A DNA stretch of 24,669 bases from a virus (taxonomy: Duplodnaviria > Caudoviricetes), in IMG/VR virus record IMGVR_UViG_3300017911_001876, positions 1 to 24,669 of that record; one strand, 5' to 3'. This document shows positions 16,352-23,642 of this stretch, piece after piece; within the stretch, counting starts at the first letter, position 1; the number at the start of each line of letters is the position of its first letter. Under the pieces are notes generated by a model that was given only the letters and a program-made list of their open reading frames with translations, was not told where the DNA came from and did not search any database. Position numbers and translations under genes: made by a program.

Positions 16352-17866
16352 ATGGCAGACAATAGTTTAACATTATTTGGTTTTGAAATTAAACGAGCCA
16401 ATAAGAAGGCGGACAAAGAATTATTGCCTTCTATCGTACCTCCTCTTGACGAGGATGGTGCTGGTTACGTTACTGCTGCCGGTGCTCATTTTGGTACATA
16501 CGTCGATATCGATGGAAGTGATAAAACCAAAGATGACCAACAATTAATTTTACAATATAGAGCAGTAGCAGTACATCCTGAAGTTGATGCTGCTGTCGAA
16601 GATATTATTAACGAATCTATTTCTTCTGCAAACAATGAACAAAACGTTGCTCTTGTATTAGATAAAGTAGAAGCACCAGATAATATTAAGAAACAGATTA
16701 CAGAAGAGTTTGATAACATTTATCGTATGATTCAGTTCGGTGAACAGGGTCATGATATGTTTAAACGTTGGTATATTGACGGAAGAATGTATCATCATCT
16801 TGTAATTGACGATAAGAATCCAAAGGCAGGTATTCAAGAGGTACGTCCGATTGATGCATCTAAGATTCGTAAGGTCAAACAAGTTAAAAAAGAAAAAGAT
16901 CCCACATCTGGTGTATCAATTATTAAAAACGTAGAAGAATTCTTTATCTATCAGGAAAAGCCTGGTGCTCAGACGCAAGGTGTAAAACTAACTACTGATT
17001 CTGTTTCTTACGTTACTTCTGGATTGTTAGATGAACGTCGTAAGAAGGTAGTATCACATCTACATAAAGCACTAAAGCCTATTAATCAATTACGTATGAT
17101 GGAAGACTCACTTGTCATCTACAGACTAGCTAGAGCACCAGAACGCCGTATTTTCTATATTGATGTTGGTAACTTGCCTAAAGGTAAGTCAGAAGAATAT
17201 ATGAAAAATATTATGGCGAAGTACCGTAATAAACTAGTATATGATGCATCGACTGGTGCGATTAAAGATGATCGTAAACATATGTCAATGCTCGAAGACT
17301 TCTGGCTCCCTCGTCGTGAGGGTGGGCGTGGTACCGAGATCTCCACCCTGCCTGGAGGTGAAAACCTCGGCCAGATTGATGATATCATCTATTTTCAAAA
17401 AAGACTTTATAGAGCTCTAAATGTTCCAGTCAATAGACTAGAACAAGAATCACAATTCTCATTGGGTAGATCGACTGAAATCAATCGTGATGAACTTAAG
17501 TTCCAAAAGTTTATTGATAGACTAAGATCTCGGTTTAATCATTTCTTCTTTAATATTCTGAAAAAACAGCTTATTCTTAAAGGTATAATTACTGAAGAAG
17601 ATTGGAACGAATGGTCAAATGATATTGTTGTTGACTATATTAGAGATAACCACTTCACAGAACTACGTGATGCAGAACTATTAAGAGAACGCCTACAAAC
17701 ACTTGATGTTATGCAGCAATATGTCGGCGAGTTCTATTCAAAAGAATGGGTTATGAAAAACGTACTACAATTTGACGATGATGACATCAAGCAAATGAAA
17801 GATCAAATTGCGGATGAATTAAAAAGTGGCGAGATAGAGCCTGAACAAGGAGATGAAAATGAGTGA
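16352..17866 (+). CDS. gp20: Portal vertex protein gp20
   Basis: LFGFEI, HPEVDAAVEDIINE, WYIDGR, NQLRMMEDSLVIYRLARAPERRIFYIDVGNLPK, EDFWLPRREGGRGTEISTLPGG. Confidence 0.97.
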   Translation: MADNSLTLFGFEIKRANKKADKELLPSIVPPLDEDGAGYVTAAGAHFGTYVDIDGSDKTKDDQQLILQYRAVAVHPEVDAAVEDIINESISSANNEQNVALVLDKVEAPDNIKKQITEEFDNIYRMIQFGEQGHDMFKRWYIDGRMYHHLVIDDKNPKAGIQEVRPIDASKIRKVKQVKKEKDPTSGVSIIKNVEEFFIYQEKPGAQTQGVKLTTDSVSYVTSGLLDERRKKVVSHLHKALKPINQLRMMEDSLVIYRLARAPERRIFYIDVGNLPKGKSEEYMKNIMAKYRNKLVYDASTGAIKDDRKHMSMLEDFWLPRREGGRGTEISTLPGGENLGQIDDIIYFQKRLYRALNVPVNRLEQESQFSLGRSTEINRDELKFQKFIDRLRSRFNHFFFNILKKQLILKGIITEEDWNEWSNDIVVDYIRDNHFTELRDAELLRERLQTLDVMQQYVGEFYSKEWVMKNVLQFDDDDIKQMKDQIADELKSGEIEPEQGDENE

Positions 17867-18179
17867 TATTGAAACTATGATTGATTATGCAGCGAATCAG
17901 GACTTTAATGCTGCGAACAATGTATTTCAAGAATTGATTAACCAACGTATGACTGATGCACTTGATGCAGAAAAAGTCAATGTTGCTAATCAGATCTTTA
18001 ATGGTGTAGAGCCAGAAGAAGCAGAGTTAGAAGACGAAGACTTCGAAGATGCTGAACAGCTAGAATTAGATTTAGATGACGATGACGAAGAATATACAGA
18101 TTATGAATTTGACGAGATTCAAGATATGAATCAAGAAGGCAAAATCGAAGCCGGTATGCAAGATTATGAAGAAGAGTAA
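17859..18179 (+). CDS. Small acidic prohead core protein (gp67-like by position)
   Basis: Located between gp20 and gp21, with a very acidic C-terminal half. ATG 17859 is preferred over 17853 because of the AGGAG spacing. Confidence 0.6.
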   Translation: MSDIETMIDYAANQDFNAANNVFQELINQRMTDALDAEKVNVANQIFNGVEPEEAELEDEDFEDAEQLELDLDDDDEEYTDYEFDEIQDMNQEGKIEAGMQDYEEE

Positions 18180-18207
18180 GTAATTTTATTTTACAAACTT
18201 GAAATAT

Positions 18208-18215
18208 TATAAATA
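18208..18215 (+). promoter_or_regulatory. T4-type late promoter TATAAATA
   Basis: Exact consensus, intergenic, upstream of the 18237-gp21-gp22-gp23 unit. Confidence 0.85.
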
Positions 18216-18236
18216 AATTCAAATGAAAGAATACGA

Positions 18237-18422
18237 ATGAAAACGTTTAGTCAAATACGTGAAAGTTCTAAGAAGATGAAGATTGGTCGTATACCAGTTG
18301 AAGTCAAAAAGAATAAGAACATGTATGATGTTTTCATTGATGGCGATAAGCTAGACAGTTATAAGTCTGAAGCTGAAGCCGTGAAGATGGCGAAGGAATT
18401 CGTCAAACAATATAAAGGTTAA
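18237..18422 (+). CDS. Small basic protein (gp68-like position / internal head protein)
   Basis: MKTFSQIRE N-terminus resembles T4-like capsid-targeting leaders ending in a prohead-protease site (I-x-E). Lies directly before gp21. Confidence 0.55.
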   Translation: MKTFSQIRESSKKMKIGRIPVEVKKNKNMYDVFIDGDKLDSYKSEAEAVKMAKEFVKQYKG

Positions 18423-18426
18423 GAAC

Positions 18427-19083
18427 ATGAAGCTGATTGCAGAATATAATGACCAAAGTCTAGAGTGCATTGTCGAAGCCAAAGAAGGCGGCGGCAAGAA
18501 TCACTTTATTGAAGGCATTTTTATGCAGTCAGAACAGAAAAACCGAAACGGACGTATCTATCCAAAGGCTATTATGGAGCAGGCAGTAGGTAAGTACGTT
18601 AAGGAACAAGTTAATACTAAGCGTGCTGTTGGTGAACTAAACCATCCAGATGGTCCAACAGTAAACTTAGATAAAGTATCCCACCTTATTACTAATCTTG
18701 AATGGAAAGGTAATGATGTTGTGGGTAAGGCACAAATTTTGGATACTCCAATGGGTAATATCGTTAAAGGTTTGCTTGAAGGTGGTGTTCAACTTGGTGT
18801 CTCAACTCGTGGTATGGGTAGCCTTGAGCAGCGTAACGGTACTATGTACGTCAAGGATGACTTTATTCTCAATACGGTTGATATCGTACAAGATCCATCT
18901 GCACCAACAGCTTTTGTTAATGGAATTATGGAAGGTGTTGAATGGGTTTGGAATAATGGAATCATTGAAGCTCAAGTAATTGAAGAAATGGAGACTGAAA
19001 TTAAACAAGCTCCACGAGCGGATCTATATGAGACGCAGGTTCGTGAGTTTAAAAATTTCCTCTCGTTATTGAAAAGATCATAA
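18427..19083 (+). CDS. gp21: Prohead core protease gp21
   Basis: IEGIFMQSEQKNRNGRIYP, AVGELNHP, LGVSTRGMGSL, DIVQDPSAPTAFV. Confidence 0.96.
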   Translation: MKLIAEYNDQSLECIVEAKEGGGKNHFIEGIFMQSEQKNRNGRIYPKAIMEQAVGKYVKEQVNTKRAVGELNHPDGPTVNLDKVSHLITNLEWKGNDVVGKAQILDTPMGNIVKGLLEGGVQLGVSTRGMGSLEQRNGTMYVKDDFILNTVDIVQDPSAPTAFVNGIMEGVEWVWNNGIIEAQVIEEMETEIKQAPRADLYETQVREFKNFLSLLKRS

Positions 19084-19098
19084 TTAGGAGTATCAATC

Positions 19099-20040
19099 AT
19101 GACTGATCAAACATACGATCTGGATGTAGAGCTCGACGAGGAAATCGAAGAAGCTCATGATCCAAAAAATGCTGAAGCACAATCAATCGCTTCAGTAGAT
19201 GCTGCCGAAGATAAAGGCCCTAAAGCTGCAAAGCGTAAGGGAGATAAAGACGGTGGCGAGAAAAAACCAATGCCTGCGGCAACAAAGGCAGCTGCACCAC
19301 AAGCCGAGTCTATTGAATTTGATAGAGACTTTAGTGAAGACTTAAATGCTTTGGTGGAATCTGAGGCAACTCTTTCAGAAGAGTTTAAAGCCAAAACAGC
19401 TGTAATCTTTGAAGCAGCAGTAAAATCAAAACTTTCAGAAGAAATCGATCGCCTAGAAGGTGAGTACGCTCAGCAACTAGACGAAGAAGTTTCTTCAATC
19501 AAGAGTGATCTTGTAGAGAAAGTTGACAGCTACCTAAACTATGTAGTTGAGCAATGGATGGAAGACAACGCACTAGCGATTCAATCTGGCCTACGTACAG
19601 AAATCGCAGAAGGCTTTATGGGTAAGTTGCATGACTTGTTCGTAGAATCTTATGTTGAAGTTCCTGAATCCAAAGTTGACCTAATCGACGAACTAGCGGC
19701 TGATAACGAAGAGCTTGAAGAAAGCTACAACGATGCAGTTGCAAAAGCAATGGAACTAGCTGAAGAACTAGAATCATATAAGCGCGAAGCTATCATTCGT
19801 GAGGCATCTCGTGATCTAGCAGAAACTCAAGTTGCAAAGCTTAAGTCATTAGTAGAAGATATGGACTTCGTTGACGAAGCGACATTTGAATCAAAAGTTG
19901 CTACAGTTAAAGAATCATATTTCAAAAAGCAAACAGCTGAGTCAGTAATTGCTGAAGAGACAGAAGAAGAAACACTTTCTGAAGAAGTCTCAGACGTTAT
20001 GGCACAGTATATCCAAGCAATCCGTAAACAACAAAAGTAA
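19099..20040 (+). CDS. gp22: Prohead core scaffold protein gp22
   Basis: Acidic coiled coil with LSEEFKAKTAVIFEAAV and KVDSYLNYVVEQWMEDN, between gp21 and gp23. Confidence 0.93.
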   Translation: MTDQTYDLDVELDEEIEEAHDPKNAEAQSIASVDAAEDKGPKAAKRKGDKDGGEKKPMPAATKAAAPQAESIEFDRDFSEDLNALVESEATLSEEFKAKTAVIFEAAVKSKLSEEIDRLEGEYAQQLDEEVSSIKSDLVEKVDSYLNYVVEQWMEDNALAIQSGLRTEIAEGFMGKLHDLFVESYVEVPESKVDLIDELAADNEELEESYNDAVAKAMELAEELESYKREAIIREASRDLAETQVAKLKSLVEDMDFVDEATFESKVATVKESYFKKQTAESVIAEETEEETLSEEVSDVMAQYIQAIRKQQK

Positions 20041-20055
20041 TTAGGAGATCCTTAA

Positions 20056-21372
20056 ATGGAAACTTATGATCGTCTCGTAGAGAAATGGTCTCCAGTACTG
20101 AATGAATCAGCAGCTGGCGACATCAAAGACGCACACAAGCGTGCAGTAACAGCTGTCGTTCTGGAGAACACAGAAAAAGCACTTCGTGAAGAGCGTGCAC
20201 AACAAAACTTCTTGTCAGAAGCACCTGCAACATCTGTAGGTAACTCTTCTGTATCAAACTGGGATCCAGTATTGATTTCACTAGTACGTCGCGCAATGCC
20301 AAACATGGTTGCATATGACGTATGTGGTGTTCAGCCAATGGCTGGTCCAACAGGCTTGATCTTCGCAATGAAGTCACGTTATACAACTGGTACTACTGGT
20401 GCAACTGAAGCACTATTCAACGAAGCAGACACTACATTCGCTGGTGACTCTTCAGATACACAGAGTTCAGATCCATCAGGCCTAAGCGGTTTGACAGATT
20501 CTAACGGAGACTCATCTATCGACAACGACCGTGGTTCTAACCCAACATTTGGCGATGGTATGGCAACTGAGAAAGCTGAACTTTCAGGCGCATTCCGTAA
20601 CATGGGCTTCACCATTGAGAAGCAAACTGTTACTGCGAAATCACGTGCATTGAAAGCAGAATACAGCCTAGAACTAGCACAAGACTTGAAAGCAATTCAT
20701 GGTCTAGACGCTGAGACAGAATTGTCAAACATCTTGTCAACAGAAATCTTGGCTGAAATCAACCGTGAAGTTATCCGTACAATTAACGGTCAAGCTAAAA
20801 CAGGTGCTGGCACAGCTAACACAGCAATCAACGGTATCTTTGACTTGTCAACAGATGCTGACGGCCGCTGGTCAGTTGAAAAATTCAAAGGTCTTCTAGT
20901 ACAGCTAGACCGTGAAGCAAACCAAATCGCAAAAGACACACGTCGCGGTAAAGGTAACTTTGTTATCTGTTCTTCTGACGTTGCTTCTGCATTGGCAGCA
21001 GCAGGTGCTCTAGACTATGCACCAGCTCTATCAACAAACTTGAACGTTGACGACACAGGCAACACATTTGCTGGTGTTATCAATGGTCGTATGAAAGTTT
21101 ACATCGACCCATATGCAACAGCTGATTATATCACTGTTGGTTATAAAGGTGCAAACCCATATGACGCAGGTGTGTTCTACTGCCCATACGTTCCACTAAC
21201 AATGGTACGTGCAGTTGGTGAGAACGACTTCCAACCAAAAATTGGCTTCAAAACTCGTTACGGTATGGCTGCAAACCCATTCGTTCCAGGTGCGATTTCA
21301 AACAACGGTTTGGGTAATGCTCGTCAGAACCAATACTACCGTATCTTCCGCGTGGACAACATCCTACAATAA
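20056..21372 (+). CDS. gp23: Major capsid protein gp23
   Basis: KWSPVL, DPVLISLVRRAMP, GVQPMAGPTGLIFAM, SRALKAEYSLELAQDLKAIHGLDAETEL, FYCPYVPL, FQPKIGFKTRYG. Confidence 0.98.
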   Translation: METYDRLVEKWSPVLNESAAGDIKDAHKRAVTAVVLENTEKALREERAQQNFLSEAPATSVGNSSVSNWDPVLISLVRRAMPNMVAYDVCGVQPMAGPTGLIFAMKSRYTTGTTGATEALFNEADTTFAGDSSDTQSSDPSGLSGLTDSNGDSSIDNDRGSNPTFGDGMATEKAELSGAFRNMGFTIEKQTVTAKSRALKAEYSLELAQDLKAIHGLDAETELSNILSTEILAEINREVIRTINGQAKTGAGTANTAINGIFDLSTDADGRWSVEKFKGLLVQLDREANQIAKDTRRGKGNFVICSSDVASALAAAGALDYAPALSTNLNVDDTGNTFAGVINGRMKVYIDPYATADYITVGYKGANPYDAGVFYCPYVPLTMVRAVGENDFQPKIGFKTRYGMAANPFVPGAISNNGLGNARQNQYYRIFRVDNILQ

Positions 21373-21398
21373 GAAGAATCGGAATAACCGATCAAACT

Positions 21399-21422
21399 GG
21401 GGCGCTTCGGCGCCCCTTTTTT
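21399..21422 (+). terminator. Rho-independent terminator after gp23
   Basis: GGGGCGC-TTCG-GCGCCCC (C-UUCG-G tetraloop) followed by TTTTTT. Confidence 0.93.
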
Positions 21423-21426
21423 ATGG

Positions 21427-21434
21427 GATAAATA
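21427..21434 (+). promoter_or_regulatory. Possible variant late promoter GATAAATA
   Basis: One mismatch to TATAAATA, immediately after the terminator and 22 nt before the 21457 ATG. The same octamer also occurs inside gp18, so support is weak. Confidence 0.4.
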
Positions 21435-21456
21435 ATATTTTAATTATGAGGTTATT

Positions 21457-22038
21457 ATGGATTTAAGATCATTAGTAGTGAAAAGCAATTTAACCATTGA
21501 TAAAGCTTACTTAAGTGAATGTATTAGTATTATCAAAGATATTGGTGATGAAATGAATAAATCATCAAATCTGAAATGTGATATGACATCATATGATAGT
21601 CTAGTAGAGCATGAATCATTTCAAAAAATAAGAGATATAATACTTGATAGAGTAAGTGAATATCATTTATTTAGTGGTGTTCCTAAAGAATTATTTCATA
21701 TTAGTAGCATGTGGGGTGCTTATTATGATATTGGTGAAGAAGCAGTAGAACACCAGCATTTACCTAATCTACTATCATTTTGTTTGTATCTAAACGTAGA
21801 TGAAAATTCATCGCCTATTATTTTTAGAGATGTAGATGATGAATATGTTATTCAACCAGATATTGGTGATATTGTCATATTTCCTTCATGGCTTTTGCAT
21901 AGCGTACCGAAACACAATGAGAAGACAAATAGAGTTGTGATTTCTGGTAACTTAGAAATACTGTTTGAAACTCAAATGGGGTATAATATTTCGATCTCAG
22001 GTATGCAAACAATGCCTAAAAATTTCTTTTTTTCTTAA
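21457..22038 (+). CDS. Putative 2OG-Fe(II) oxygenase (HxH type)
   Basis: SMWGAYY...EHQH...LSFCLYL...PDIGDIVIFPSWLLHSVP...RVVISGN. GAGGT RBS. Confidence 0.8.
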   Translation: MDLRSLVVKSNLTIDKAYLSECISIIKDIGDEMNKSSNLKCDMTSYDSLVEHESFQKIRDIILDRVSEYHLFSGVPKELFHISSMWGAYYDIGEEAVEHQHLPNLLSFCLYLNVDENSSPIIFRDVDDEYVIQPDIGDIVIFPSWLLHSVPKHNEKTNRVVISGNLEILFETQMGYNISISGMQTMPKNFFFS

Positions 22039-22087
22039 GCCATTGATTTCAAACGAAAAGAAATTTGTATTCTTCGGCGCTTTTTTG

Positions 22088-22116
22088 TGTACATTCAACT
22101 CGTAATATGTTAGTAT
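22088..22116 (+). promoter_or_regulatory. Sigma70-type early promoter
   Basis: -35 TGTACA (22088-22093), 17-bp spacer, extended -10 TGnTAGTAT (22108-22116), A/T tracts upstream. AAGGAG RBS at 22131-22136. Confidence 0.7.
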
Positions 22117-22142
22117 GAATATATCAAATGAAGGAGAATACT

Positions 22143-22358
22143 ATGTTACTACCAAATGGCTCAGCAATCAAGCAAGATGTAATCGATAGCTTCAACCGTG
22201 CAGTTGAGCAATCAGAAAATATCGAGCAAGGTATCGGAACAACTGGTTTCTGGGATTTTGTAAATGCTGATATGCATTTTGATTTGAAAGTTTGGTATAA
22301 TGCACAATACATCGATGAGTGTTTTGATGTATTAGCAGATGATTATGAAGGAGTATAA
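22143..22358 (+). CDS. Hypothetical early protein (71 aa)
   Basis: Start reassigned to ATG 22143, 6 nt after AAGGAG. Acidic, no motif recognised. Confidence 0.7.
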   Translation: MLLPNGSAIKQDVIDSFNRAVEQSENIEQGIGTTGFWDFVNADMHFDLKVWYNAQYIDECFDVLADDYEGV

Positions 22359-22359
22359 T

Positions 22360-22449
22360 ATGACAATAAATCAAGTACTATTGGGAATAGCTATTGGATT
22401 AGGAATGGTTTGGATTGATATGAACTTTATACCAGGAGGTATGTACTAA
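22360..22449 (+). CDS. Small hydrophobic peptide (29 aa), absent from the ORF track
   Basis: MTINQVLLGIAIGLGMVWIDMNFIPGGMY. AAGGAG RBS upstream, and starts 1 nt after the previous stop. Confidence 0.6.
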   Translation: MTINQVLLGIAIGLGMVWIDMNFIPGGMY

Positions 22450-22580
22450 TGAAAATAGCATTACAGATTGTAGGATCTTTACTCATAATCGGACTTATAG
22501 GTTGGTACACAGTGCATACTTGGTCTGATTGCTTAGAAGAAAATTCAGTTATAACATGCATGCGAATGCTAAGTAAATGA
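22449..22580 (+). CDS. Small single-TM peptide (43 aa), absent from the ORF track
   Basis: MKIALQIVGSLLIIGLIGWYTVHTWSDCLEENSVITCMRMLSK. GGAGGT RBS at 22435-22440 and TAATG coupling. Confidence 0.65.
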   Translation: MKIALQIVGSLLIIGLIGWYTVHTWSDCLEENSVITCMRMLSK

Positions 22581-22601
22581 GCCTCTAATGAGGCTTTTTT
22601 T
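22580..22601 (+). terminator. Rho-independent terminator closing the early mini-operon
   Basis: AGCCTC-TAAT-GAGGCT followed by a T-run. Confidence 0.8.
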
Positions 22602-22605
22602 ATGA

Positions 22606-22613
22606 TATAAATA
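22606..22613 (+). promoter_or_regulatory. T4-type late promoter TATAAATA
   Basis: Exact consensus right after the terminator, upstream of gp3 (GGAG RBS). Confidence 0.85.
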
Positions 22614-22637
22614 GATTAAAGTTTTCTGGAGAATAGA

Positions 22638-23183
22638 ATGTCTGAACTAAGGCCAGCGGCATCAGTAAGTGTCTCAGCGACATCGAATGAGAGTGCCTTA
22701 AATAATATCAATATCTTACAGCCTAATGCGTTTAGGCTATCAATAGATCGTAAATATTTTCCTAACTTAGAGTTCTTTGCACAGTCAGTAGTACACCCTG
22801 ATGTGACTGCCACGGCAGCTGAGACCGCATTCAGACGCACGCGTGTACCATTTGCCGCAGATAAACTTGAATTCGGAGAATTTGTTGCAAACATCATACT
22901 CGATGAAAACTTAAATTCATATACAGAAATGTTCAACTGGGTAAATCGTTTGGTTGATCAAAAAGAAATCAATGCTCTTGATGCATCTCAAGCTATTCCA
23001 CCAACTGAGTGTGATATTACAGTTTCGATTTTATCAAGCCACAATAACACAGTCAGAACAATTAAATATATAGACTGTGTTCCTACAGGATTGGGTTCTA
23101 TTCAGTTAGAAGCACTGTCTGGACCAGATCAATATATAACATATGCAGCGACATTCCGTTACTCGTACTTTGAACTAACCTAA
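22638..23183 (+). CDS. gp3: Tail completion / tail tube terminator gp3
   Basis: NILQPNAFRLSI...PNLEFFAQSV.HP...ILDENLNSYTEMFNW...ATFRYSYFE, plus position before uvsY. Confidence 0.82.
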   Translation: MSELRPAASVSVSATSNESALNNINILQPNAFRLSIDRKYFPNLEFFAQSVVHPDVTATAAETAFRRTRVPFAADKLEFGEFVANIILDENLNSYTEMFNWVNRLVDQKEINALDASQAIPPTECDITVSILSSHNNTVRTIKYIDCVPTGLGSIQLEALSGPDQYITYAATFRYSYFELT

Positions 23184-23198
23184 CTTTAGGATTATATT

Positions 23199-23642
23199 AT
23201 GGACTTACAAAATATTCTAGACCAGTGGTCTAAAGATTGTACAATTGACAAAATTAGTTTAGACGAAACATCACGAAATACTCCATTACTCCATGCTAAA
23301 TATTTGCAGCAATTAAGCCATGCAAAGTTATTGCTTAAACGAGCAGAAGCATCTCAGAAAATATTGCTTAAAGATAAATGGCTATATTATAATGGTAAGA
23401 TGGATCAAGATACTATCGAAGCAAAAGGTTGGGAACCTGATCCATTCGATGGGCTAAAAATCTTGAAGGGTGAAATGGATTATTACTATGACTCTGATCC
23501 TGATATTCAGCGATCAGAAGAGAAAATACAATACTTTAAAACGATTATTGAAACATTAACAGAGATTGTTGATTCTTTAAAATGGCGCCATCAAACCATT
23601 GGCAATATTATAAGATGGAAACAGTTTGAAGCAGGTGGATAA
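23199..23642 (+). CDS. uvsY: Recombination mediator UvsY
   Basis: WSKDCTID...PLLHAKYL...KWLYYNGK...IGNIIRWKQFEAG, upstream of uvsW. Confidence 0.88.
   Translation: MDLQNILDQWSKDCTIDKISLDETSRNTPLLHAKYLQQLSHAKLLLKRAEASQKILLKDKWLYYNGKMDQDTIEAKGWEPDPFDGLKILKGEMDYYYDSDPDIQRSEEKIQYFKTIIETLTEIVDSLKWRHQTIGNIIRWKQFEAGG

Noticed and set aside
12311-21372. Introns, inteins or homing endonucleases in terminase, portal, sheath or capsid genes
   Set aside because: ORFs are uninterrupted and of ordinary length, with no splicing or endonuclease motifs seen.
21378-21392. Small hairpin ATCGG-AATAA-CCGAT before the gp23 terminator
   Set aside because: Only 5 bp, so no function can be supported.
21965-21987. 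TTGAAA...TATAAT sigma70 promoter inside the oxygenase gene
   Set aside because: The spacer is only 11 bp and there is no extended -10 TG.
21373-22637. Absence of gp24, hoc and soc after gp23 as a novelty
   Set aside because: This is common in marine T4-like phages, and the genes could lie outside the window.
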